A DNA stretch of 64,000 nt, from the NCBI RefSeq assembly GCF_009914755.1, contig NC_060925.1; one strand, written 5' to 3'. Source of the DNA: the human T2T-CHM13v2.0 reference genome, Homo sapiens. The translations under genes were made by a program, and so were the position numbers. Below the pieces are notes generated by a model, which worked only from the letters and a program-made list of their open reading frames with translations, was not told where the DNA came from and ran no database searches. Shown one piece after another: positions 14,791 to 29,787 of the stretch. How positions within the stretch are numbered: the first letter of the stretch is position 1; each line of letters starts with the position of its first letter.

Positions 14791-16181
14791 AAGTTCATTT
14801 TTATGTCATATTTTTACTGTGTACTTTTTGCATTTTCAAATGACTTTGACTATTGCCAGAGTCATTATAGACCTGCCTATGATGTAGGAGTTTATTGTAT
14901 CTAGTGGAAAACATACCTGTTTGTGGGGCAGAAGCTTCTGTTCCATTCATCCTGATTTTAGACACAGCATTTAACTTTTCAGGTTCAGTTCCATATGTAT
15001 AAAGTAGGGATAATAGTGACATCCTAGTGTATTAAGAATTAAGGTGTTATTATTTCTGTCACTGTTACTTCACCCTAATTTTGTTTCCACACTCATCTCT
15101 GAGCTTTTTTACTTCTTATGTTGTTCAGTGTTTTCTAAATTAAAAAAAAAAAAAGAAATTATCCAGGAGGAACTCCAGGGTCAGAGAAATTTAGTTCCTT
15201 GGCCAAGGCCACACCACAGGTAAGTGGTACAGCGTGGATATGAGACTCAGTCTCCTGAATTGGATCAGTTACTTGCATGCACCCTGTACCCTCTGTCTTT
15301 ATTTGGGTTGGAACCCTGGGGGTTCAGTGATCCTGTTCCAGGATCTACACTTAGCTTGGACTTCTTGTTGGTTTTCTTATGCTTATTTTTGTTTTATAAA
15401 ATGCTCAATGGTGTAACATTTCCTTTGAGGAATTGTTATTCATTAAAAAGTCTGAAAACAGTGCTTTAAATCATGTCTGCTTCTTTTTGTACAACCAGTT
15501 ACCTCACTTCTTCAGCCAGGATGGGTTTATGTGGCCCCTCAGGGCCTTCTAAGAAGACTATCTTCCCTGTCTTTTGTGGAAGGAACAGAGTTGGTTGTTG
15601 TCCCCTAGAAGGGTGGTCATCTCTTCTCCTTTGTAAGTAGATGGTGACATCAAGGGTTGACACTTGGAAAATATAACATAGTTCTATGACGACGTGGAAC
15701 TATCTAGTTTTCTTGGAATAATGGTATTGAAATGGAGCTATTTGGGGGTGCAGAGATAATTTTCTACCACACTTTGAAATTTGTTGGCCAAGGATCAAGA
15801 ATTTCCCAAATCTTTATACAGCCTTCAGAGGACCATGATATTCATCTTGTTGTTCCCACCTATGATAATTCTAAAGTTATTGCCTTGAAGCCAGGACCTG
15901 GTATGTACTTTTTCTCCATGAATTTGTGAAGTTTCTGCTATATTTTAGGACATTACCTTTAAGAATAGACTTTTTATGGCCTTCGTTTTGGGGTCTCGCA
16001 GCCATGTTGTAAATATAATACCTCAGGAGAGTTTGTAGGTTATAACTCTGGGCCTTTAAGATGCCTTGGCCTTAAATTTTTTATTTAAAAATTAAATAAA
16101 TAATTAATTTAAGAGACTTAAATTAATTATTGCTGTACATTTCTGGAGAGTTCCCCAATTCCTGGGTTTCTGGTTCTCCTG

Positions 16182-16513
16182 GTATTTTAGTCCATATTCT
16201 GTTGGTATAACAATACCACAGACTGGGGAATTCACAAAGAAGTGTATTTGGCTTGTGGTTCTGGAGAATGGGAAGTCCCAGAGCATGGCTCTGGCATTTG
16301 GTGAGGGCCTTCTTGGTAACATGGTGGAGTTCATCACATGGTGAGAGGGCAGGAGCAAGAGAGCCAGACTGCTTGCTTTTATAACAAAGCAATTCCCACA
16401 GTAACAAACCCACTCCTAGGATAGCAATGTTAATCCATTTGTATCCATTCGTGAGGGCAGAGGGATTCAGTTTCCAACACATGAATTTTTGGGAGACATA
16501 TTCAAACCATAGC
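16182..16513 (-). mobile_element. MaLR solo LTR (MST/MLT1A-like)
   Basis: ataccacagactggggaatt...ttctggagaatgggaagtcccagagcatggc...tttccaacacatgaatttttgggagacatattcaaaccatagc, the reverse complement of the MaLR LTR start gctatggtttgaa. Confidence 0.85.
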
Positions 16514-17059
16514 CAGTTTGTTTGTTTTTATCTGGCTACTAGAGTAAGAATTCTTTTTTTCTTTTCTCTCTTTCCCCTTTCTCCTTCCTTTGTTCCCTCC
16601 CTTCCTAGAGGGTGGTAGAGACCAGAGCTGGAAAATTTCAGACAGGAGTTAGGTGTCGAGACCAAGGCACACTGTGGAAGGTTAAGTCATTGTCTTCCAT
16701 TGTCTTAGGGCTTCTTTGTGTATCTCTCCACTCCAAACCTTGTGGATGGATGACTACCAGCACTCTTAGAGATAGGAGAGACATCAGTTGAGCTGAACTA
16801 GTTTAATTCCCAGAGTTCTCTGAGGAACATACTAGTGTTTGTTGATTTTCTGTTGGATTACTGGAACTCTCAGTATGTGGTAAATTCCTTGAAAAACCTG
16901 ATTGCATTTGATTTTGTCATTGGTTCTTATCCTTTCTGAGCAACAAGCACCACCCTTTCCAATGACACTCTGCCTTTTTTATTCTTTTTAACTTTTAGAA
17001 GAGCTACCTGGGCAGCCAAATTTTTCATAAAGAGCCTTACACCTGAAATAGCTTGACAT

Positions 17060-17260
17060 TGTGTCATACCTCGGAGCGTATAGCATATTTCATTTATGTG
17101 ATTAGATTTGACCTTTAAAACTACCCGGAGGTAGGAAGGGGAGGGATCATTATCCCACTTTTACATAAAAGAAAACAGAGGCTCAGTTGCCCCAGGTTAT
17201 TCAACAGGTGTGTGGCTGAGCGTTAATTTGAATCCTGGTTTGTCCAGCTCCAGTCTATGT
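17060..17260 (-). mobile_element. MIR
   Basis: cattatcccacttttacataaaagaaaacagaggctcagttgccccaggtt. Confidence 0.7.
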
Positions 17261-17512
17261 CCTGACCAACCCCGCCCTGCTGATAGACATCACGGTGTTT
17301 CTTTACACCAGATTTATTTTCTGTCTCTTTTTTCCTCCTGATTTTTTTTTTTTTTTTTTTTTGCAAAGAAGAGTGTTTCTGCCAGTAGCTTTATCAGATG
17401 ATTTTGCCCCTCTTTTCATTCTCTCCCAATAGATCTCATGTCTAACACTACTCTAACTTTGCTCCCCTCTGAGACCAGCATGAACTCCAGTTCTTTCTAA
17501 ATTGTGTAATTC

Positions 17513-17569
17513 TTTTTTTTAAAAATTAATTAATTATTAATTTTAAGTTCTGGGATACATGATGTGCAG
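17513..17569 (-). mobile_element. Extremely 5'-truncated L1PA 3' end
   Basis: ttttaagttctgggatacatg...gtgcagg is an antisense L1PA 3' terminus; TSD gt(g/a)taattcttt at 17504-17515 and 17570-17581. Confidence 0.75.
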
Positions 17570-18499
17570 GTATAATTCTTTCTTAATAGATTCTGAGCTT
17601 GACCTTCCAGTCGTCTTCTACTGCTCAGCCACACCCCCCTCCATTTTTGTTTCTTTTCTCTTTCTTCGGGCAAATCTGCAATTGTGGGCGCATATTTACC
17701 TTGTTATTTTTTACAGTATTCCCATGTGAACATTTTGCCAGCGGCCTCTTCTTAATTTTAGTCCTTTCTGGGGAAGGGTTAATAGTTCAAACCCATTGTT
17801 TTTCTTTTGAGGGTTGAGACTTGTTATAAAAGCTGCCTGGAGTGGGACTGTCCCTCGGGAGGGGAGGGGCACAGGCCTGGCATGGGGATAACTGGGAATG
17901 GGGTTTGGACACAGGATGCCTGGCGACTGTAGGGACACTTGTCTCATTTCTTGCTCTGTTATATAATATAAATGCTTAGGGAAGCTTAGATTCAATGGGT
18001 TGTGCCCTTCCAAAAGCCTACTGCTGGAGTGAAAACTGGAAATACATCTTTGCATATGTGTTCTTTCATTTTATTTTTCCTACTGGTTTGCTAAGCAAAG
18101 AGCTGGCTTTGTACAAACCCCCTCTCCCCGCTTTTTTTTTCTTCTTTTCTTAAAAAGCTTCTGTGCTCTTTTGAAACAAGCCAACAAAAGTTGAAGCCAG
18201 TGTGTGTGCAACTCAGACCTCATGAGCAATTCTTTTCCAAACCAAATTTTAATTCACAGCTGCCAGTTTAGGGGCAATGCTAAGACCCAAATCGTCCTGG
18301 CATCTGAAGCACCTGTCCTAATGTTGAGTACTTTAAATATGGTGTTCCCATTTCCTAAATCTCAATTTAGTCTGTTTGGTCTTACAATTGTGAGTATAAT
18401 TATGGGAAAATTTAAATGGGATACTTGAGTCAGGACTGTGTTAAAAAATCCAAGATGTATTGCTTCTGTAAGGCTAGACTAAAATAATGAAAATATTAA

Positions 18500-18810
<311 letters not shown>

Positions 18811-18917
18811 TACTACTGCTTTTTAACTAAAGTCTGCCTGCATTCCCTCTCTTGCCACAAAAGGCAAACAGAGCTTTTAGCACATTTGATTCCTGAGGCA
18901 GCCCCATGCCTGTTTAA

Positions 18918-19553
<636 letters not shown>

Positions 19554-22109
19554 TTAACCAGATTCACAGTTCAATAGCAACCACCTTTAGAGTCCCTAAG
19601 CTAAGAAACTGCTATGATTTTGATGAAACAGAAAGGAGGAAGGTAACTCTAGTTCTTTCTGAGGCATCCGACACTCCTTTAGAAGGGTTTTCCCAGGAAG
19701 CCTCATTCACTTTCAGGTAAGCCCATTATGAAGGGATAAGGATTTTACCGTATTCCACTGGAATAGGGGAAAAAACCATCTCACTTTAACAGAAAGCATG
19801 CAAGTGCCCTTTTCTGGAGGAGGTGGGAATGAGGGAGTACACAGACTTTAGCTTAAACTGTGGCAGGAGGGTCTTAATTTTGGCAGAACAGGGCATGGTG
19901 TTGCATCTCACCTGTTCCACGCTTAGTACAAGCCCTTCTTCCCAGTCCCTGTCACCTGCCTCATTTTGAGCTTTCACTGTATTTTCCTGTTGTTCCAGGG
20001 AAGATGAAGTGCATTTAAATGCTGCAGTTGGATACTGTGAAGATGAGACCCCTTAGCCTGTGGGATTAACTTTCCATGGAGCCCATTCTGGAGAGACTTG
20101 AGAGAGCACCTTTAAAAGGAAGTTAGCTAAGATACTGCCCTCCGTTTCAGACAGAGGTTGGAACCAGATCCTGGCTGAGAGCAGAGACCAGCTTCCACTC
20201 AGCCATGCACCCTAGGAGTGGGGATTCAGCTCTGTGGCTCCAGGAAGGTTAATCTTCAATGTTAATCCGTTTAGATAAAGTTGTTAGTTAAAAGGTAATC
20301 TGTTTAGCCTCCCTTTCCCCATTCTCCTGCCAGAAAAGAGGGAGTTCAAGTCTTCTTTCCAGGACTCCTGTGTTTTGGCTGAGACTGATTCTTCATTGTG
20401 GCCTTGGGAGAAAAGCTGCCTAACCAGTTCTGGGCCCTGGCTAGTTACAACCATGTGTGAGTTGTTTACAGTACGCACAGGTATGGGCTGAAGGGAAACA
20501 AAGCTTAAGGGATGACTAGAAAGGCTTGCTGAAATTGCTATGGGAGGGCCCCACCCTCCAAGCCATCTCCCCTCACACCCCGCTCGGTTTCAGTTTCTGC
20601 AGCTTGGTTATGCGACATTCTCTTAATCCTTTTTTGAATCTGGTCTCTACTTAAGCACTCAAGAAAACTGCTCCACAAGGATTGTTTTAGTGGGGTTTTA
20701 ATTTTTTAAAATGTTCTTGTTTATTTAAATTGCTTGAACAAGGGTTTAGCTGTATGGGAAGAGTTCCTGCCTTTAGCTATACATGTTTCCACCCACTTAG
20801 ACATGCTGCTCACCCACAGACTCATACAGCCTCCACAGACACAAAGCTTCTGTGTATCCTACATGTACCTGCACCCCAATTCTGTCAACCTCCCCACAGC
20901 TCTTGACTGGCTGTTTATCTATTCCATTCCACTACCTTCCCACCCCAGCCCTCAAAGTCCCAAACAGATTGAAAAAAAAAAAAAAAATGGGAGGCAGCAA
21001 AATTGCTTACTTGCACGAAAGGGCTCTTGCCTTTGAGGGGAGCTCTCTAGGCACCTAATTTCTCTTAGATTTCTTTCTGCCCTCAAAGGTACTTGTGGAA
21101 TGTTTGCCGTTAAACGGTTGTAAATTAAGGGCTGAGTGTATGAAGCGTTAATGAAGGCTGCCATTGGAACCAGTCCACGTCCCGTCCCGGCTGGCAGGTT
21201 TGCTGTCCAAGAAGTCTCTTGCTGGAGGCCTGAGTTCCTGAGTGTCGGGTTTCAGCTCTCCTTTCTTCTTTTTTCGTCTTTTCTTCTGCAGCTATTTTTT
21301 CCCCTACCTTCCTTATAATCCGTCCCTTCCCTTCCTTCTTCCATACCCACTCCACCCCTACCCCTTTGGCTTTTTCTGAAAGTAACCATGAGGAACAGAG
21401 TCAGAATGAGGCTAGGGAAGCAGCATTTTTTTTTTTTCTTTTCCTGTAGAAAGCAGGGCCAAAAGGGTGCATTTTATTTTTTTCTGCTTTTCCTTTTATC
21501 TCTTTGTGTTTGCTTCATTTCTTTCTCTTTAAGTCAAGGTTGAAATTGATGTTTGCAAAAGACAGGAATTTTGAATAACTGCCTGAGTTAAACAGAATAT
21601 GGAGAAACTTTGACTCTGTCCCATGTATTAAAAATTAAAATTAGGGCAAAATAATGTGGATTTGTCCTGGAGGACCTGGCCAGATGTAGCTAGAGGACTT
21701 TCACAGTGCTGGTATAATTATACCTGGATATGGGATAATCTTCACTTTAAGCAACTCCATTATGTGAAAATACAGATCCACAGATACATATACAAATAAA
21801 CACTTCCAAAAGAAATCCTTGTATAATTCAATGTAATATGTGTTTTTAAGCTACAATATGTAAGCCATCAAAGTACTGCATTATTTTTAGATAACAGACT
21901 TTTCAGTTTGTTTAAGGTGTGATTACCTTTACCAAACATCATTTCTACTCAAATAGAATGCTTACAATAAACTGTATGGAGGATACCTACATAAGTCATG
22001 TCCTGAGTTTATACTATTTCCTAGAGACATCTCTTTTATACATTTCAAGTTTTAAGTTTAGTCTGATGTTTTATACTTTTCAGTTTAGTACCTGAATTGT
22101 ATCTATCTA

Positions 22110-22580
<471 letters not shown>

Positions 22581-22676
22581 TTGGTTGCTTGCCTTTGTAT
22601 CCACCTGTGTTTCATCATTATTGCACAGTGTTCCCATTACTCTAAGGGTTACAATCTGAGGTCCCTTCCACCCTGA

Positions 22677-22740
22677 CATTCATTCATTTGTGCATTCAGC
22701 AGTTACATGTATTGAGTGCCTACTGTGTGCCAGGATGCCC
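22677..22740 (-). mobile_element. L2 3' terminus
   Basis: cattcattcatt...tattgagtgcctactgtgtgccagg. Confidence 0.7.
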
Positions 22741-23189
22741 TGCCAGTCAGGCCAGCACTCAGTGATAACTACTGGTCACAGGATCTAGTGATTTGGCCTT
22801 AACAAATGAAGGCTGGACATGACCCTTTTTTATTCTGTCCTGAGAGCCGTTGCCTATGCTATCCACTTATTATAGCAGCATTCATATGTAATAAATAACT
22901 TATCAAAATAGTCATAAAGGACTTGGCAGACAAAATGAACTGCTAGAGAAGACTGCATTAAATTTTAATAGGAAGAATTCTTAGTAATAAGTAGGAAATG
23001 CATCTTGGTGTAGAACTGAGTCATTCTTTTGTGGCTTTCCCTAAGACATCTTCATATCAGTGACTATTTTTTTTTTCATTTATGAAATACTGTGCTTTTA
23101 GACAAAGTGTATTTGAAATTTCTCACTCTGTTTCCCAAGTAAATAAACAAATAAAAGTAAAGAATGGAAAAAGACAAGACAAACCATCT

Positions 23190-23530
23190 TCCTTTATTCC
23201 ATAGAGGTGGAGTGCCTTCTAGTAACAAGTGCTGTGTGCCATGTATGGAAGACACCAGTAATCACATCATAGACCCTAATCTCAAGGAACCTGTGTTCTT
23301 GTGGGGCAGTCAAAGAAATAGGCCTAGTCCAGGGTATTAAATGCTGTGATGGGGATACTGAGAGAGTATCCTGGGAATGTTTAGGAGGGCACCTTATTGT
23401 CTTGGTGAGGATGACGCAGTCACAGAAGTTTCTTCTAAAGAGAAGACACATAGGCAGAGATCTAAGAATGAATTAGAGTTCTCCAGATAAAGGGGATGTA
23501 AGGGGCAGAGGGGAGCAGACTGGCCGAAGA
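23190..23530 (-). mobile_element. L2 fragment
   Basis: agaccctaatctcaaggaac...aaatgctgtgatgggg...cagtcacagaagtttcttctaaagagaagac...aagaatgaattagagtt. Confidence 0.65.
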
Positions 23531-24378
23531 ACATTTTTGTTAAAATCCTTTTTTTTTTGTTTTGAAGAAATATGACTTTTGTCCTAAAATTCCACAGCAG
23601 AGCTTCCAGGGCTATGGTAGGGATTAAGGTATTCTACAACAGATGAACAAGTCTTTTAGGGACAGCCTGGTGAGTTTAACCTCTGTAGGGCTCCTGCAGA
23701 GGAGGCACTCTTTGTTATGGGAAGAACAGGGCCCTTTTTAGTGAGAAGAGGGGCCTTGGGTCTCTCCAGTTTTCCTGATTGGCTGTGCTGATGGCTTTTA
23801 CTCTTCTTTAAAGGAGGCATAATACAACCCCGTTAATTGAAACTCCAGTGTTTAGAATGTTTGGTGGTTTGTGAAGCCCTCCTGTAAAAGGCAACTGACC
23901 AAGCATATAAATAAAGCTATGAAATTAATACATACATGTTGAGCATTTAAATGTGTAGGGTGCTGGGTTTATGTACTCAAGGTTGCTTGCGGGGATTATT
24001 TAGCTGGTTTAAATAAACAAACTTTTAAAAGGCTTTATAAAGTAAACAACATCTATTTGCATACCAATTCCAATTTATACTCTGCTCAAAAATAGGTCTG
24101 ATGGTGCCTCTTTGTGGAAACAGTTTATCAGTAGTTAGAGTTTATGTCTCATAAAGTTTTAAGATTTTATTTTTCATTAAAATTCTTTGAATTCAGACAC
24201 TTTTGGTAATTCATGCCTTCCCTCCAGTTTCCCTAGATTGGGTAGATTTTCCTGGAGTTGCACTCTCTATTTTTATAATAACATAAGCATATTGATGATA
24301 GTGAATAGGCAAAAGGCTGTGGGTAGTGTAAGAGCAATTCTTTTCAGCTTCAAGGGATTTTTAAAAATTCTTTCATTA

Positions 24379-24833
<455 letters not shown>

Positions 24834-24869
24834 GCATTCTGTATAAATCTATGATATCTGAGAATCCGA

Positions 24870-25013
24870 TGTCGTATTTGCTTATTGTCTCTCTTTCCTG
24901 CTGGAACATAAGCTCCATGATGGCAGGGACTTTGTCTTGTTGCTGTATCCTTAGCAACTAGAACAGTCCCTGCTGCATGGTAGAGTCTTCATATTTATTT
25001 AATGAGTGTATGA
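24870..25013 (+). mobile_element. L2 3' end
   Basis: taagctccatgatggcagggactttgtcttg...tagaacagtccctg...tttatttaatgagtgtatgaa. Confidence 0.8.
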
Positions 25014-25179
25014 AACAGTTCATTCTTTGTGCATGGAAACATGATATTTGCACATTTTATAAGATATATTACATTAATACTAATATTAATACTGCCTTAC
25101 ATATAACAAGTTTTTTTATGAGAGGAATTTCAGACTCTTATAAAATCATTTATTTACAGAAGATGGTATAACTAACTCT

Positions 25180-26120
25180 GACATGAGGTACTGGGGAAGT
25201 ATTTCAAAGTGACGTTGGAATGGGATTTCTGGATATTGCAGGATGCAAGAGGTTGCTGAAGAGCAAGTTTGTGGCACACCAGGCTGTGAGAGCACCGCAT
25301 GGGCAAAGGCCCAGGGTCATATGATCTGCAGGGCCATAACAGGAGTAAGTAGATTGGGGTCAGATTATGCCAGGCGAGGAATTTTATCTTGAAGGCAGTT
25401 GGGGACTATTGAAAAATCAGAGGACAGTGCAAGGGAAGGGGATGAGAGGTAACAAGATCAGATTTGTACTTTAAGGTAATTTTGGTGTCTCTGTGGAGGA
25501 TGGATTAAAGTGGGGGTGAGATTAGAAAAAAATGAGCTAGAAGGTGAGAGATGGTGTAGTAAGTGGGATGAATGAGTTTAAAAAGCTATTTTTGCGATTA
25601 AATTTAAGCAATTTGCTAATGGGAAGGTGGTTTGAGGGAGAAGGAAGAGTTGATGTTAATACCAAGGTTTCTAGTTTGTAAGTGAAGAATAGCAATGTCT
25701 CAAAGGATATCAAGATTACCAGAGGCTGAAGAAAGCTACTGAGGAAGGTTAGAAGGAGAGAGTTGACGAGTTAGATTTTGAGTAGCCTGTAGGATATTCA
25801 AGTGGAGCTGTCCAGGAGGCAGTTGGAAATATATGACTGAAGCTTCAGAGAGAGGTCAGGGCTAGAGACATAAATTTGGATATAATCAGTGTGTAAATAG
25901 CGATTGATGCCGTGAGAGGGAATGCAGTGATCCAAGAGAGCCTACACAGTATAGAAGCAGACCAGGGCCAAACCCTGAGAAGGCCAAATATTTGGCAAGG
26001 TGGTTAGTGGAGAGGTTAAGAACAGGATTATCAGAGAGGCAAGAGAAAAATCTGGAGGGAGTAGCATCTTAAAAGCCAAGGGGAGTTTGAGAACTATAGG
26101 TTCATCCGCATCATTAGATG
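25180..26120 (-). mobile_element. L2 (long antisense fragment)
   Basis: gaattttatcttgaaggcagttgggg...agatcagatttgta...tattcaagtggagctgtccaggaggcagttggaaatata...gagaggtcagggctagagacataaatttgg. Confidence 0.8.
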
Positions 26121-26254
26121 CCACAGCCTTCCTCTGGGCTCTTATACTTCTATCTTAACATATATTATGTTAACTTCATGTATTTTCTATCAGGTTTTCC
26201 TATGTCTGTGAGCTCTGTGAAAGCAGGGATAAAAAGTGTTTCATCTTTGTGCAT

Positions 26255-26420
26255 AGGCCAGAAATGGCAAATAGGTTTCATTTCATGTTCCAAGTCTGAG
26301 TATTCTCAGCTGAGTCCAGAGTCTGCAGAGAAGAGTGCCTTCATCCATTAGTGATTTCTGATTAGTGATTTCAGGATCAGGGACTGATGGCAACTTGCCC
26401 TGTATTTCTCATGTCTGCAT
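26255..26420. mobile_element. MER102-like hAT-Charlie relic
   Basis: cagaaatggcaaataggtttcatttca...aagagtgccttcatccattagtgatttctg resembles the MER102 consensus. Confidence 0.5.
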
Positions 26421-26430
26421 TAGGCACTTA

Positions 26431-26526
26431 TTCATTCATTATTCAACAGATACTTACTGAGTGCCCAGCATGTGCCAAGTACTGTGCCAGGTGCTCAATA
26501 AATGTTTATTGAATAAATGTTGAATG
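26431..26526. mobile_element. Two oppositely oriented L2 3' termini forming an inverted repeat
   Basis: ttcattcattattcaacagatacttactgagtgcccagca ... tgccaggtgctcaataaatgtttattgaataaatg. Confidence 0.75.
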
Positions 26527-26749
26527 GTTAAAGGAAGGCTCGCAACATCCTTTAGAAGGAATGGGAAAGGACCTGAGTGAGGTGAGCCACCTCTGAGAGC
26601 CCAGCTGAGGCCATTTTCAGTGTTGTGTGCCTCAGGTCATCCTGCCTTCCACCTATGCGGAGTGTACTGGTTAACACAAAGTCTCTGGTAAAAGAATGCC
26701 AGATTTTAATGATTTTTAACAAAAATACTTTCCACTTTTGTAAGTATTT

Positions 26750-26935
26750 AACTTATTAGTGTGCACTTGCATCTCACTTGATCTTTGCATTAATCCAGCA
26801 AGAGAGATAGGCCATATGTTGTCATCTCTATTAGACAGATGAGGAAATAGAGATATTTATTACTAAAAATTTGAGTAAGAAAGCAAACACTGAGCCAGAA
26901 TTGGAACTGAGGTCTGACTCCCACTTCTAACTCTT
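26750..26935 (-). mobile_element. MIR
   Basis: atctcacttgatc...catctctattagacagatgaggaaatagag...gagccagaattggaactgaggtctgactcc. Confidence 0.7.
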
Positions 26936-27984
26936 GAGAGTATGGCTCAGAAATGGGCATCTCTAGTCACAAAATGTGGCTGAGCTGTTTGGGCAACTAG
27001 CAGAGCTGGACACCTTGTGATTCAGAGGGGCTTTCCCATGGAATGCAGGGGGCCACAGGCAGCATTTTGGATGGTACAAGGTTGGTAGGAGGAAGAGAAG
27101 AAATGATTGGCTCCCAGAGGCTTCATGGGCTCCCAATTCATGATTCTTTCTCTGTGGCTAATTTTTGTTAAGTATAAGAATTCCAGGAATCTCTTAGGAA
27201 TTGTGGAGACTGCTTTCTCCTGAAATATAAAACATCTGCTCTTGGTCTCTTTGGAGCTCCACTGTCTGAGGGGAAAACAGGGAAAAAGAGGTAATATAAA
27301 ACAGACATTGTTTCAGACAATAAATCCCCCTTTACTCATTAATGAGAAAATAAATTTAGGGCCAGAGGTGTCAGACTTTTCAGGAGGCCTCTTTGTTCTT
27401 TTCTTTTCTTTTTTTTTAATAATTTAAAAAAGTTCCCACACTACACTGATGTACAGGAAACTTCTCTTAACATTGCCTTTTTTATTTTTTCTTTCCTGAG
27501 TGATAAGTTCAGAACAAGAGACCAAGTCTCTGGGGACACAAAATTGAGCGTGCTGGTTGGACACAGCTGTTCCCTGTAACCCACCCTGCTTCAGCATGTT
27601 AGGCACATTTTTTTGTACCAGTATTTTCTTCCTGAAATCCTAGGTAAGAACACCTGAGGGGATAGATGGCATGGCAGGACACGTATAACAGTCTGAAAAA
27701 TGTGTAGGCAAATTCCTAAAATCACCATTTTCCTGTCGCCACACCCTTCTTTCCCTTTTCTTTTAAATGTCCTCCATCCCCTCAAATCCCATTTCTCTCC
27801 TCAGGCTCCTTGAGGCTTTCCCATTCCACATTTCTCTGGATCCTCTGAGATTCTCGGCTTCTTCTAGAGTACTAGGGACTGCTTTTTGAGCAAATCTGTG
27901 TGAGCCGCATGGATTTCATGAAATCACCTAAAACCTTTCTGTTGCGCTTGGTAAGAGCCTTGGATAGGGAAAGGAAGGGGTAGA

Positions 27985-28100
27985 CAGGCTTAGAGGCAGA
28001 GACTATTCTTACCTGGCTTACAGTTGTATTCCCAGCACCTAAGCCAGTGACTGGCACGTAGTAGGCACTCAGTCTTTCTTTAGTTAAATACAATGAATAA
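27985..28100 (+). mobile_element. L2 3' end
   Basis: gttgtattcccagcacctaagccagtgactggcacgtagtaggcactcag. Confidence 0.75.
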
Positions 28101-29343
28101 TTTAATGTTGGGGGGGATATGGTAAAAGAAGAAGAGGAGAGTTGGAAAACTCATGGGCATCTTCAACAGACAGGAGCCCCATGACTGGGGGGTGTCTTAG
28201 CAAAAGGCTTCCTGGCGTCATAACAGAAGTAGTCACAGAACCCCCAAGACCGGAACCTGTTACACCAGAGGGTTGGTGCACATTCACGATGCCCTCTGTC
28301 GAAGGGCCCCACCTTCCATGCCTGCGCGTCTCCTTTTGTTCTGTCAGGTTTAGCATTGAGGCAATTGGTGGCCGCCGCCTCCTTTGCCTCATCTGCCCCA
28401 AATCCCTGCTTGCCATCAGCCCAATGCAGCAGGCTCTGGTGCCAACCACAATCTCCCCGGGAAAGAGATTTGAGGGACTGGAATTGTGAGAGAAATGTAA
28501 GCTCTGAGCTTGACGGTGGTCCATGAGCCCCTCCCCTTCTCACCTTTGAAGCAAGAAGGGGCTGGTTCCAGGGCTCTGTGGGAAAGCTGCTTTGAAGAAT
28601 GGTGAACTTGGGCCACGGGGCATCATTCTGCTTTAGTTGAGGGGGTCCCTGTTGGGTTCCAAAGAGAATGCGGTGGGGTTAACATAAAAGCAGAGTTTAG
28701 CAGTGAGGAACCCATTGGTCTATGGCCTGCTTTCTTAATTGTTAGTGAATTAAGCCAGGAAGGCACTGGGGGTGGCTGGGGAGATCCTTTGTAAGAGGTT
28801 AAGGTCTTCATAGAGTGATGATAGGATTAGCAATAATTTGGTGGAAACAAACAAGCAGAATACCAGGAGAGCTACAAGCGATCGGTTCTGTACTGTGTCC
28901 CTGTGTTCTCTGGTTCACCAAGGACCTTAGGCCTGTTGTCCTAAATGATCACAGGGCTGGCATCACCCTTGCTGTGATGGGCTGGCAGGCCAATGTGCTT
29001 GGCCCTCCTGCCAAAAGTATCTACGCACATTCTGCCATGGATGGTACATTTGCATGCTCCCCTCTCCTTAAAATCTGAGCTGGGAGATGGGGAAGAATGA
29101 AAGGAGAAAATCAAATTAAATGTTTGACCAGCAGAATGAATTCTGTCTCCAGTGAGGCTGGCTTGCATTTGTCTTGCTTTTTATTTTCTGAACTTTCTCT
29201 CACCATAAATCCTTTTTCCTTTCCTTTTACCCATTAAAATGTTTTTACTCTTTGTGCCAGCACTTTGTCCTTTGGCTCTTTCTGTGTCTGTCCCAGCTCC
29301 ATAATCCTCCCCATGTTCTTTTGCTCACTTTCTTGTCTCCTGA

Positions 29344-29787
<444 letters not shown>

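Noticed and set aside
28102-28616. Cluster of overlapping 66-140 aa ORFs on both strands
   Set aside because: No recognisable protein homology or domain; overlapping ORFs are expected in GC-richer sequence
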